Shown here: piece after piece, positions 47,812 to 57,528 of the stretch
How the letters are laid out: the number at the start of each line of letters is the position of its first letter
Numbering within the stretch: position 1 is the stretch's first letter
Source of the DNA: Ktedonobacterales bacterium
GTDB taxonomy: Bacteria > Chloroflexota > Ktedonobacteria > Ktedonobacterales > Ktedonobacteraceae
NCBI GenBank assembly: GCA_027451525.1
Contig: DAIDJF010000022.1
Coordinates: 3,644 to 67,643, forward strand
Length of the DNA stretch: 64,000 nucleotides
Reading direction: 5' to 3'
The notes under the pieces: model-generated
What the model saw: the letters and a program-made list of their open reading frames with translations, nothing else
The model's database searches: none
What the model was told of the DNA's origin: nothing
Program-made: the position numbers and the translations under genes

Positions 47812-47878
47812 TCTCTTGACGATTTTAAGACATCAGCGGTCAACGGGCAGAACTAATAGATGTTATAAGGAGTATACC

Positions 47879-48505
47879 GTGTCATTTGACATTCTCAAGG
47901 GAATGGCGACAACCCTCAAAAACATGGGGAAGAAGCCAACCACCGTTTCCTATCCAGAGGAGGAGCGTCAGCTACCACCGCGTTTTCGTGGACGCCACGT
48001 GCTGCATCGCTACGACAATGGTATGGAACGTTGCGTGGGTTGCTTCCTGTGCGCGGGGGCCTGTCCTGCCAATGCAATTTATATTGAGGCCCAGGAGAAC
48101 ACAGACGAGAATCATGTCTCACCGGGCGAGCGGTACGCGAAAGTTTTTGATGTCAATATGCTGCGCTGCATCTTCTGCGGCTATTGTCAGGCAGCATGTC
48201 CTACAGGGGCTATCACGCTCGAACAAGAGTATAAACTGGCCTCGTACTACCCAGAGGAACTGGTCTATCATAAGGAACAATTGCTTGAGAAGCAAGGCGA
48301 GAATGTGATTGGAGCCAGAACAGGTTCGAACAAGGTCTGGGCCGATCCCCCACCGCCGGAGGCCGCGCAACCAGTTCCACAGGAGCTCAAGGTGTTCGAT
48401 GGTTCTCAGGCCAGTGCCGCCGCTGTCGGTCTCGGCAACGTGCAGACCGAGCGCAACGTGCTGCTGACCAATGAGGAGCAGGACGAGGACCGCAGAAAGT
48501 TGTAG
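47879..48505 (+). CDS. nuoI: NADH-quinone oxidoreductase subunit I (with C-terminal tail)
   Basis: Two ferredoxin motifs, CVGCFLCAGACP and CIFCGYCQAACP. GTG 47879 sits 6 nt after AAGGAG. Confidence 0.9.
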   Translation: MSFDILKGMATTLKNMGKKPTTVSYPEEERQLPPRFRGRHVLHRYDNGMERCVGCFLCAGACPANAIYIEAQENTDENHVSPGERYAKVFDVNMLRCIFCGYCQAACPTGAITLEQEYKLASYYPEELVYHKEQLLEKQGENVIGARTGSNKVWADPPPPEAAQPVPQELKVFDGSQASAAAVGLGNVQTERNVLLTNEEQDEDRRKL

Positions 48506-48516
48506 GGATAGATGTT

Positions 48517-49044
48517 ATGTTGGTTACACAAATCTCGTTTTTCGTGCTGGCAGTTGCCAGCACGCTATCTGCGATTGGCGTTATCACGTTCAAAAACGCG
48601 GTTCATAGTGCCCTAAGCCTTATTCTTACATTGCTCTTTCTCGCCTTGTTTTATCTGCAATTAGGGGCGATGTTTATCGCTGTCGTACAAATCCTGATTT
48701 ACGCGGGAGCGATTATGGTGCTATTCCTGTTCGTGGTAACAATGCTTGCCACGGACCCATTGGATGGCGAGCCACGTGATCGTATGCCCTGGCAGCGGGT
48801 GGCGGCAGGCATTCTGGGCGTCGTGCTGGTTGGCTCATTGAGCTACCTGCTCTTCACCGGAACCGCGTTGAGTACCCCCGAACATGCCAGCGGCGGCAGT
48901 TTCTCGCAGATGGTCGCGCAACAGGGCAATATTGAGGCTTTTGGTCTCGCGCTCTTTCATGGCTTCTCGTTTCCCTTTGAAGTCACGAGCTTGTTGATTG
49001 TTGTCGCGATTTTGGGTGCGCTTGTCTTTGGACGCAAAGCATAG
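48517..49044 (+). CDS. nuoJ: NADH-quinone oxidoreductase subunit J
   Basis: 175 aa, five hydrophobic helices, QILIYAGAIMVLFLFVVML motif. Its position in the operon fits. Confidence 0.9.
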   Translation: MLVTQISFFVLAVASTLSAIGVITFKNAVHSALSLILTLLFLALFYLQLGAMFIAVVQILIYAGAIMVLFLFVVTMLATDPLDGEPRDRMPWQRVAAGILGVVLVGSLSYLLFTGTALSTPEHASGGSFSQMVAQQGNIEAFGLALFHGFSFPFEVTSLLIVVAILGALVFGRKA

Positions 49045-49056
49045 AGGAGGGAACCT

Positions 49057-49356
49057 ATGCCATTATCAGCCTATCTTATCATGAGTGCGGTTCTCTTCAC
49101 GATTGGCGTGTGCGGCGTGCTTATTCGCCGAAACCCACTCATTATCTTTATGTCTATCGAATTGATGTTAAATGCCGTCAATCTCTCATTTGTAGCTCTT
49201 TCCAGTTTTCTTGATTCGGCAGATGGACAGATGTTTGTGTTCCTGGTATTAACCGTGGCCGCCGCGGAAGTCGTGGTCGGTCTGGCTCTTATTGTTTCCA
49301 TCTTCCGCACGCGCCGCGCTATTGATGTTGACGACATGAACGTGTTGCGAGGGTAG
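49057..49356 (+). CDS. nuoK: NADH-quinone oxidoreductase subunit K
   Basis: 99 aa, three TM helices, [11 protein letters not shown] and [12 protein letters not shown] motifs. Confidence 0.93.
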   Translation: MPLSAYLIMSAVLFTIGVCGVLIRRNPLIIFMSIELMLNAVNLSFVALSSFLDSADGQMFVFLVLTVAAAEVVVGLALIVSIFRTRRAIDVDDMNVLRG

Positions 49357-49400
49357 GGACCGATGTATCGTGTCCAATCGCATTCGACCGATTTATGGAT
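49353..49400. repeat. GTAGGGACCGAT...CGACCGATTTATGG repeat in the nuoK-nuoL spacer
   Basis: Inverse orientation of the GGACGCGATAAATCGGTCCCTAC family. Its TAG (49354-49356) is the nuoK stop codon. Confidence 0.7.
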
Positions 49401-49408
49401 GAAAGCAT

Positions 49409-51406
49409 ATGATAAATCTTAGTTTTTGGGTGCTGCTGCTCCCGCTCCTGGGCTTTATTATCCTGGGTATCGCGGGGCGGGCGATGTCGCGCACGGCAAT
49501 AGTCACAGTGGGCTGGGGAGCGTGCGGTCTGGCCTTCGTCTTTGCAGCTATCAGTTTCTTCTCGATGCTCGGCACCCCCGTTGCAGGACGTATTGCCGAC
49601 CAGAGCATCTATACCTGGGTCACATCTGGCTCATTTCAGTTAAATTTTGGCCTGCTGTTTGACCCACTCTCCGCTGTGATGTTGATGGTGGTGACGGGCG
49701 TTGGCTTCCTGATCCACGTCTATTCAGCGGGTTATATGGAAGATGACCCCAGTTTCTGGCGTTTCTTCGCCTACCTGAACTTCTTTATTTTCGCGATGGT
49801 GCTACTGGTGACAGCCGATAATTTTCTTTTCCTCCTCGTGGGTTGGGGATTGGTCGGCCTGGCATCCTTCCTGCTCATCGGGTTCTGGTATCAGCGACGT
49901 GCGGCAGTCGCGGCGGCGCGCAAGGCTTTTGTCATCAACGTGATTGGTGACTTCGGCCTGATGCTGGCAATCTTCCTGATCTTCATCAATTACGGTACAC
50001 TCAGTTATCAGAGCGTGTTCAGCAAAGGCGGTGTGCTAACATCAGGTAGCGCGGCTGCCAATGCGATTGCGCTACTGCTTTTCGTGGCTTGTGCTGCCAA
50101 GTCTGCGCAGTTGCCGCTTTATATGTGGTTGCCGGACGCGATGGAAGGCCCAACACCGGTCAGTGCGCTGATCCACGCGGCAACGATGGTCACTGCTGGC
50201 GTCTATCTCGTTGCACGCGCCAATCCGCTCTTCGAGTTATCGCCCGTTGCGCTCTACACAGTCGCGGGCATTGGTACGGCCACTGCCCTCTTTGCCGCCA
50301 CTATCGCAATCTTCCAACTTGATATCAAGCGTGTGCTGGCCTACTCGACGATCAGCCAGCTTGGCTATATGTTCATGAGCGAGGGCGTGCATAACTACAC
50401 GGGTGGTATCTTCCACCTCGTCACACATGCCTTCTTCAAGGCCCTGCTCTTCTTGGGCGCGGGTGCGGTCATTCATGCTCTGGCCGGTGAGCAGGATATG
50501 CGTCAGATGGGCGGCCTGTGGGGACGCATGCCGATTACTGCCTGGACCTTCTTAGCGGCAGCACTGGCAATCAGCGGTATCTTCCCTCTGGCAGGCTTCT
50601 GGAGTAAGGACGATATTCTGGCCTCTGTCCTGGCGCAGGCGACTGCGACAGGCAATCCCTGGTTCTATGTGATCTGGATTGTTGGCCTGCTGACCGCTGG
50701 TCTCACGGCTTTCTACATGTTCCGTCTCTTCTTCGGCATCTTCACTGGAACCTATCGCGGAACGGCGCGGGTTAGCGGAGATCACGAGGATGACGAGGAA
50801 AACATGGAAGACGAGGATGCGGCGGGTCATCATGGACACAAACCCTCTTACAACACTATTCGCGAGGTCTCACCCGTGATGAGCATTCCGCTTATTATCC
50901 TGGGCATCCTCACCGTCGTCGGTGGCATTTTCGGTTCGTTTGCCCTCATCGGCCTGCCCAACTGGCATCCATTGGCGGCTTTCCTGGCTCCCGTTTTGAG
51001 CGGCGTGCATAACGTGGCGGAGCCTGCGCTCGGTTTGGAATGGCTTTCAACAGGTATTAGCCTCGCGCTGGCTCTTGTGGGTATCTTTGCTGCATGGCGG
51101 CTCTATCGCGGCGGCTTTGCCTACAAAGAGAACCGCAACCCGCTCTATCAGTTGGTTTTCCATAAATATTATGTTGATGAAGCCTTCACGGTCATTCTGA
51201 TTAATCCCTTGCTCGCGCTGGGGCGCGGCGCGACCCGCTTCATCGAGGGAGCTACACTCGACAATCTCAGCAATGGCATTGGGGTCTCATTCCGGGGCGT
51301 CAGTTCTGGTCTACGCCGCCTGCAAACAGGCTATATGCGCAACTATGCACTGGCAATCTTAATCGGCGCGGTCGTGATCGTGCTGTACTACGCGGTGAGG
51401 GGGTAG
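49409..51406 (+). CDS. nuoL: NADH-quinone oxidoreductase subunit L
   Basis: WLPDAMEGPTPVSALIHAATMVTAGVYL, STISQLGYM. 665 aa including an acidic insert (HEDDEENMEDEDAAGHHGH). Confidence 0.93.
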   Translation: MINLSFWVLLLPLLGFIILGIAGRAMSRTAIVTVGWGACGLAFVFAAISFFSMLGTPVAGRIADQSIYTWVTSGSFQLNFGLLFDPLSAVMLMVVTGVGFLIHVYSAGYMEDDPSFWRFFAYLNFFIFAMVLLVTADNFLFLLVGWGLVGLASFLLIGFWYQRRAAVAAARKAFVINVIGDFGLMLAIFLIFINYGTLSYQSVFSKGGVLTSGSAAANAIALLLFVACAAKSAQLPLYMWLPDAMEGPTPVSALIHAATMVTAGVYLVARANPLFELSPVALYTVAGIGTATALFAATIAIFQLDIKRVLAYSTISQLGYMFMSEGVHNYTGGIFHLVTHAFFKALLFLGAGAVIHALAGEQDMRQMGGLWGRMPITAWTFLAAALAISGIFPLAGFWSKDDILASVLAQATATGNPWFYVIWIVGLLTAGLTAFYMFRLFFGIFTGTYRGTARVSGDHEDDEENMEDEDAAGHHGHKPSYNTIREVSPVMSIPLIILGILTVVGGIFGSFALIGLPNWHPLAAFLAPVLSGVHNVAEPALGLEWLSTGISLALALVGIFAAWRLYRGGFAYKENRNPLYQLVFHKYYVDEAFTVILINPLLALGRGATRFIEGATLDNLSNGIGVSFRGVSSGLRRLQTGYMRNYALAILIGAVVIVLYYAVRG

Positions 51407-51410
51407 AAGC

Positions 51411-52937
51411 ATGTTTCCTATTCTTTCGGTTATCGTCTTCCTGCCCCTGCTTGGAGCAATCCTTTTGCTTTTCTTCCCGCAAGAGCAACTGGGAGCGATT
51501 CGCTGGGGCGCACTGGCTTTTGCTGGTATTGATCTTGTGCTTGCGCTGATTCTCGCGCTCAGCTATTCGACGATAAACACGAGCGCGACCTACCTGGGAA
51601 CCTTCCATTTTATCGAAACCATTCCCTGGATTAGTGCGCTGGGCATCAACTATAGTCTGGGCGTAGATGGCATTAGCCTGTTGCTCGTTGTCTTGACAAC
51701 GCTGTTGACGCTGGTTTGTATCGTGGCCTCTTTTAGCATCGAGCAGAAGACCAAGAACTATATGGCGCTGATGCTACTATTGGAATGTGGTATGCTCGGT
51801 GTCTTTCTGGCAACTAACCTGTTCCTGTTCTACATCTTCTGGGAGCTAATGCTTATTCCTGCCTATCTGCTGGTGGGTAGTTGGGGTGGGCCACGCCGTA
51901 TCTATGCCGCCTTCAAGTTCGTGCTGTACACCTCGGTTGGTAGCCTGTTGATGCTGGCGGGTATCATCGCCCTCGGCTACTATCACCAGATCGCGACTGG
52001 CACGTATACGCTGGAACTACAAAATCTGCTCAACATGAAGTTGGATAGTGGCGTGCAGGCGTGGCTCTTCCTCGCTTTTGCGGCTGCGTTCGCGATCAAG
52101 GTCCCGCTTGTGCCGTTCCATAGCTGGCTGCCCGATGCCTATAGTGAGGCTCCCTTTCCGGTCACGGCTATGCTGGCTGGCGCAATGTCCAAGACTGGCG
52201 CGTATGGTTTCATTCGCTTCTGTATCCCGCTCTTCCCGTCAGCAGCCCACATGTTTGCTCCGCTGATTAGCATCCTGGCTGTCATCGGTATTCTCTATTG
52301 CGCGGTTCTGGCTCTGGTGCAGACCGATCTGAAACGCCTGTTGGGATATTCGAGCATCAGTCACCTGGGCGTGGTTATGCTTGGCATGTTTGCCTTTAAC
52401 GTCCAGGGTGCGGAAGGCTCCGTCTTGCAGATGGTCAATCACGGGATCACAACCGCCGCGCTCTTCCTGATCGCGGGTTATATTGAGCAACGTGCAGGCA
52501 CACGCAACCTGAACGATTTTGGTGGGCTGGCAACGCGCATTCCCATCCTGGCAACAGTTATGGGTATTGCCGCCCTTTCTTCGCTTGGTTTGCCTGGGCT
52601 AAACAGTTTCGCGGGTGAATTTCTCGCGCTGTTAGGAGCGTTCCGCGCAAATATCGCGCTTGGCACGCTGGGTACTGCTGTAGTTATTCCGGCTGCATGG
52701 TATCTGTTACGCTTCTTACAGGGTGTCATGCAGGGCCAACGCCAGCGCGTGGGTGTGGTAGGTGCTGCACTACGTAAGGGAACGCTGGCGGATATCGGTT
52801 TGGGCGAGTTCTTCTCGCTACTGCCGCTCCTGGCCTTGATGTTCTACATCGGTCTCCAGCCCGCGCCGTTGACCTTCTTGCTAGAGCCATCGGTTGTCAG
52901 TACATTGAATAATCTTGGCTCTGCCTTTCTGAGATAG
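51411..52937 (+). CDS. nuoM: NADH-quinone oxidoreductase subunit M
   Basis: FHSWLPDAYSEAPFPVTAMLAGAMSKTGAYG, SSISHLGVV. 508 aa. Confidence 0.93.
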   Translation: MFPILSVIVFLPLLGAILLLFFPQEQLGAIRWGALAFAGIDLVLALILALSYSTINTSATYLGTFHFIETIPWISALGINYSLGVDGISLLLVVLTTLLTLVCIVASFSIEQKTKNYMALMLLLECGMLGVFLATNLFLFYIFWELMLIPAYLLVGSWGGPRRIYAAFKFVLYTSVGSLLMLAGIIALGYYHQIATGTYTLELQNLLNMKLDSGVQAWLFLAFAAAFAIKVPLVPFHSWLPDAYSEAPFPVTAMLAGAMSKTGAYGFIRFCIPLFPSAAHMFAPLISILAVIGILYCAVLALVQTDLKRLLGYSSISHLGVVMLGMFAFNVQGAEGSVLQMVNHGITTAALFLIAGYIEQRAGTRNLNDFGGLATRIPILATVMGIAALSSLGLPGLNSFAGEFLALLGAFRANIALGTLGTAVVIPAAWYLLRFLQGVMQGQRQRVGVVGAALRKGTLADIGLGEFFSLLPLLALMFYIGLQPAPLTFLLEPSVVSTLNNLGSAFLR

Positions 52938-52948
52938 GGGTTTTCGAC

Positions 52949-54682
52949 ATGACATTTACGTATACTGTTACTGCCGCCGACTGGGGGGCAATTGCGCCAG
53001 AGCTGGTTCTGGCGGGCATGGCACTACTCGTCATGCTCGTAGACCTGCTGTTGCCGCATGAGGGGCCGCGCTCGAAAGAGAGCGGACCCACCAATTTCGT
53101 CGTGTTGCCCCTGTTGAGCGTGCTAGGCGTGTTGGGCGCAATCGCGGCAACTATCGTGCTGTTTGTGGTTGGCAACGGGACACAGGCCTTTAACCACATG
53201 ATCGGCAGCGATCAGGGGTCACTCTACGGCTATCTCGTTATTCTCGTTGCCAGTGGCCTGGGTATCCTGCTCTCGCCTGCGTATCTCAAGCGGCTCAAAC
53301 TGGTGCATCAGGGCGAATACTATACACTGTTGCTGCTCGCCACTGTCGGCATGTTGATTATGGCGGCGGCGACCAGTTTCCTGACCGTCTTCCTGGGTCT
53401 GGAGATGCTCTCGCTTGCTCTCTATATCCTGTGTGGTTTCGCGGCACGGCGTAAGACCTCGCAAGAAGCAGGTATGAAATACTTCCTGCTTAGCTCGTTC
53501 GCCTCGGCCTTCCTGCTCTACGGCATTGCCCTAACCTATGGCGCGACGGGCAATACATCCTTCACAGGCATTGCGACTTTTCTTGCGCACCCATTGGTCC
53601 ATTCAGTGCCAGCCAATTTTGTCTATCACGCGCCAACTATGCTGTTGATCGCGATGGGCTTGTTGGCGGTCGGTTTTTCGTTCAAGATTTCGGCGATCCC
53701 GTTCCAGGCGTGGACGCCCGATGTCTACGAAGGCGCGCCCGCTCCCGTCACGGCCTTTATGTCGGTTGGCACCAAGGCTGCGGCTTTGATCGCTTTCGCG
53801 CGCGTCTTCGATGTCGCCTTCGCGGTAGTCATTCGTGACTGGCAGCCAATCATTTGGGCGATTGCCATCTTGACGATTATTGGTGGCAACGTGCTGGCAC
53901 TGGCGCAGGCCAATACCAAACGCTTGCTGGCTTATTCGAGCATTGCGCACGCTGGCTATCTGCTGATCGGCGTGGTTGTCGGCGGCATCTATGGTCTCTC
54001 GGCCATCCTGTTCTATCTGCTCTGCTACAGTTTTATGAACCTGGGTGCGTTTGGCGTCGTCTCGATGCTGGAACGCTCTGACAACACAGGTAGCACAGTG
54101 CGCGACCTGCGTGGCCTCTGGTATCGTCAACCAGTGCTGGCGGGCTTCCTGGCCTTCTTCCTCTTCGCGCTGGCAGGCTTCCCGCCCATGTCAGGCTTTG
54201 CGGGTAAATACTCGATGTTCTATGCCGCTCTCGTGGGTGGCCATCCTGAACTGCTGATCATTGGTGTTGTTGCCAGTGTACTGGGTATGTACTACTACCT
54301 GCGCATTATCGCCACGATGTTCATGGAGCAGGAAGCTGCGCCAGCCGCGAGTGTGGCTCTCGTAGCACCCGCACCTGCACCCGCTGTAGCAATTGCAGCA
54401 GGCAAAACGGGCGCGGTACGTGCCGCAACGGGTGGACTGCGCATGGGTAGCACGGCGACAGCGGTAGCGGTGAAACCAATCGCGCGTGTGGCAACGCAAA
54501 GTGCGCAGAAGGTCACTCTCACCGCCGAAGCTATTGCTGAATCAGAGCCTGAGCAAGACCTGAACAGTTTTTCCTGGCTTGCAATCGGCATTGCCGCGCT
54601 TGGTACGCTAGCAATGGGTACGATCTTGCCCTTCTGGCTGGTCAATGTAGCGCAACAGGCTGCGCAAATGATGCTGAAATAA
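52949..54682 (+). CDS. nuoN: NADH-quinone oxidoreductase subunit N (with Ala-rich C-terminal extension)
   Basis: FQAWTPDVYEGAPAPVTAFMSVGTKAA, SSIAHAGYLL. 577 aa, with the last ~100 aa being an Ala-rich linker plus one extra hydrophobic helix. Confidence 0.92.
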   Translation: MTFTYTVTAADWGAIAPELVLAGMALLVMLVDLLLPHEGPRSKESGPTNFVVLPLLSVLGVLGAIAATIVLFVVGNGTQAFNHMIGSDQGSLYGYLVILVASGLGILLSPAYLKRLKLVHQGEYYTLLLLATVGMLIMAAATSFLTVFLGLEMLSLALYILCGFAARRKTSQEAGMKYFLLSSFASAFLLYGIALTYGATGNTSFTGIATFLAHPLVHSVPANFVYHAPTMLLIAMGLLAVGFSFKISAIPFQAWTPDVYEGAPAPVTAFMSVGTKAAALIAFARVFDVAFAVVIRDWQPIIWAIAILTIIGGNVLALAQANTKRLLAYSSIAHAGYLLIGVVVGGIYGLSAILFYLLCYSFMNLGAFGVVSMLERSDNTGSTVRDLRGLWYRQPVLAGFLAFFLFALAGFPPMSGFAGKYSMFYAALVGGHPELLIIGVVASVLGMYYYLRIIATMFMEQEAAPAASVALVAPAPAPAVAIAAGKTGAVRAATGGLRMGSTATAVAVKPIARVATQSAQKVTLTAEAIAESEPEQDLNSFSWLAIGIAALGTLAMGTILPFWLVNVAQQAAQMMLK

Positions 54683-54714
54683 TCATTTCCGCTTCAAAAG
54701 CAAGGTGGTTATCA

Positions 54715-54748
54715 AGCAGGGCGACTCACGCGGGTCGCCCTGCTTTTT
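54715..54748 (+). terminator. Rho-independent terminator of the nuo operon
   Basis: AGCAGGGCGAC-tcacgcgg-GTCGCCCTGCT followed by TTTT. Confidence 0.85.
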
Positions 54749-55526
54749 GTTCTGGAAGATGGCAAAATAGGTATGCCAATAGAATATCCACAACGCGCCG
54801 ATAAACGTAATATAGGGAGAGAGGCGATAGAGCACTTCGGGTTATGCAGAATGGCAGAGTAAGCCGAGTGATTGGGTAAGCTGTCTGCACTGTTCCCCAC
54901 GCCAAAACAAGGAGCAATTGTAGAGGTGTGATTACTACTTGTTGAGGTCTATAGCGGCGTTTTTACGCTCAACCCACTAAACTTTTTGGAAGAAATGTGC
55001 TATAATAGGGTATACCCATCGGAAATGTGGACTTGACCAGCAGTGTTTTAAGTGGTGTGGGGCTGAGCCAGGTAATTCTCTGGGGGGCATAGCATTTTCT
55101 TTCTAGTGAAATGAGAAAGGATAACTTGAAACATTGCAGGAGCATCATTCGGATGCATCTCGCACAAATATCCCCTCGTCATGGACTATGGCGTCGGACG
55201 AAGGACATAACGCAAAACAGTTCAGCAGAACCTCTACAACGTTGGAAAGGGCTGGTTCTCTCTCTCTGAGTGTGAGAAAGAGGCTGGCTCTTTTGGTCTC
55301 ATTACAGATGTATGTTCGGGTATGATGAGAAACAAAGCGCGGTTTTCCGTCTGCCAGAAACAACGTGTGCTTACACGCATCCTCTATCCGGCCTCGTAAT
55401 GCGTTTTCCCGGCTGTGTATTGTAGTCTAGATTAGTGGACTGAAGAGGCACCGAACTGAGGGGTGGATTTTCCATCAAAGGGAGCCTCACTAGCCGCTAA
55501 GTCATACAACAGAGAGAGGTTGACTT

Positions 55527-57422
55527 ATGGATTTGGTGAAGCGGTTGGAAGAATATCGGGATCGTGAACGAAATCTTCTGTGGGAAGGCACCTTTGCTCA
55601 ATACTTCGAGATTGCCAGCAAACGATCAGAAGTCGCGCGTCTTTCCCATGAGCGCATCTACCATATGATTATGGATGGAGGCGTCGAAACGACCCGTGCA
55701 GGTGAGCCACGTTATTCGTTCTTCAGCCAGGAAATCTTTGGTATTGAAAAACCCCTTCAGCAGATCGTTGACTACTTCCATTCCGCTGCTCAGCGGTTAG
55801 AGGTGCGTAAACGTGTGCTGTTACTTATGGGACCCGTCGGCGGCGGTAAGTCTACGATTGTCTACCTGATTAAGCGCGGTCTGGAAGCCTACAGCCGCAC
55901 AGAAGAAGGGGCGGTCTACGCGATCAAAGATTGTCCGATGCATGAAGAGCCATTGCACCTGATCCCCCATGAGTTACGCGCCGATGTGGAAAAAGAGTTT
56001 GGTATCTATATCGAAGGCGATCTGTGTCCACAGTGCCGCTATACGGTCGATACCGTCTATCATGGACATATCGAAGAGGTTCCGGTAAAACGTATTGCCT
56101 TTAGCGAAAAGTACCGCGTTGGCGTCGGAACATTTACCCCGTCCGACCCCAAGTCGCAAGATATTAGTGAATTAGTCGGTGGCATTGATCTTTCTACGAT
56201 TGGTGAGGTTGGTGTCGAGAGCGACCCACGCGCCTATCGCTTCGACGGCGAACTCAATATCGCCAATCGCGGTGTTATGGAATTCGTCGAAATGTTAAAA
56301 ACGGACGAGAAGTTCCTTTATGTCCTGCTCACGCTCAGTCAGGAGCAGAACATTAAAACCGGACGTTTCAGCATGATCTATGCCGACGAGGTCGTGGTGA
56401 GCCATACCAACGAGCATGAGTATCAGTCGTTCGTGGGCAATAAAAAGTCGGAAGCGTTGCAAGACCGTATTATCCTGGTCAAGGTGCCCTACAACCTGCG
56501 CGTCTCCGATGAAGTCAAGATTTATGAGAAACTGCTTAAACAGAGCGCGTTGCAGAATGTCCATATTGCTCCCTATACCCTACGTATCGCCAGTATCTTC
56601 GCAATTCTCACGCGCCTGGAGCCATCCAAGAAGGCTGGCATGAGCCTGCTGAAGAAACTGCGCCTCTACGATGGTGAGGATACGGAGGATTTTAAACAGA
56701 AGGATGTCAAGGAGTTGCAGGATGAGGCGGTACGCGAGGGTATGGATGGCATCTCGCCACGCTACGTCATCAACCGTCTCTCGAATGCCCTGGTGCGTCA
56801 GAATGTGACCTGCATCAATCCAATTGATGCCCTGCGTGCCCTGCGTGATGGTCTCGATCAGCATACCAGCATCACACGCGAGGAGCGTGAGCGGTACCTG
56901 AATTTCATCAGCGAAGCGCGCAAAGAGTATGACGAAATGGCAAAGAAAGAGGTCCAGCGGGCTTTTGTCTACTCCTACGAGGAGTCCGCGCGCACGTTGC
57001 TCAACAATTACCTGGACAACGTTGAAGCATACTGCAATAAGAACAAACTGCGCGACCCCATCACCGAGGAGGAGATGGAGCCAGATGAGCATTTGATGCG
57101 CTCTATTGAGGAGCAGATTGGCATCACTGAGAATGCCAAACGTTCCTTCCGCGAGGAGATTCTTATTCGCATCTCATCGCTTGCGCGGCGCGGACAGTCT
57201 TTCGAGTATACCAGTCACGAGCGGCTTAAGGAGGCCATTGAGAAAAAACTCTTCGCTGATCTGCGCGATGTCGTGAAGATCACCACTTCGACGCGTACTC
57301 CCGACAAGGAGCAACTGCGCAAGATCAACGAGGTTGTCAATCGTCTGATGACCGAGCATGGCTACTGCCACGTCTGCGCAAACGAAATTTTGCGCTATAC
57401 AGGCAGTTTGTTAAACCGATAA
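55527..57422 (+). CDS. prkA: PrkA-family serine protein kinase / AAA-type ATPase
   Basis: 631 aa, Walker A GPVGGGKS. Conserved PrkA N- and C-terminal regions, followed by yeaH- and spoVR-like genes. Confidence 0.9.
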   Translation: MDLVKRLEEYRDRERNLLWEGTFAQYFEIASKRSEVARLSHERIYHMIMDGGVETTRAGEPRYSFFSQEIFGIEKPLQQIVDYFHSAAQRLEVRKRVLLLMGPVGGGKSTIVYLIKRGLEAYSRTEEGAVYAIKDCPMHEEPLHLIPHELRADVEKEFGIYIEGDLCPQCRYTVDTVYHGHIEEVPVKRIAFSEKYRVGVGTFTPSDPKSQDISELVGGIDLSTIGEVGVESDPRAYRFDGELNIANRGVMEFVEMLKTDEKFLYVLLTLSQEQNIKTGRFSMIYADEVVVSHTNEHEYQSFVGNKKSEALQDRIILVKVPYNLRVSDEVKIYEKLLKQSALQNVHIAPYTLRIASIFAILTRLEPSKKAGMSLLKKLRLYDGEDTEDFKQKDVKELQDEAVREGMDGISPRYVINRLSNALVRQNVTCINPIDALRALRDGLDQHTSITREERERYLNFISEARKEYDEMAKKEVQRAFVYSYEESARTLLNNYLDNVEAYCNKNKLRDPITEEEMEPDEHLMRSIEEQIGITENAKRSFREEILIRISSLARRGQSFEYTSHERLKEAIEKKLFADLRDVVKITTSTRTPDKEQLRKINEVVNRLMTEHGYCHVCANEILRYTGSLLNR

Positions 57423-57528
57423 TTCTAGCGTGTAATGTTGATGGAGCGCGTTCATGTATATCAGGCGATGAACGCGCTCTATTGGCCTTTTCGACTAGAG
57501 GATATTGATAGAAGAAGGAGCATGCTCT

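Noticed and set aside
55134-55325. 63-codon + ORF (and the overlapping 72-codon - ORF) in the prkA upstream gap
   Set aside because: TTG or weak starts without an RBS, and no coding-like composition. Treated as non-coding leader.
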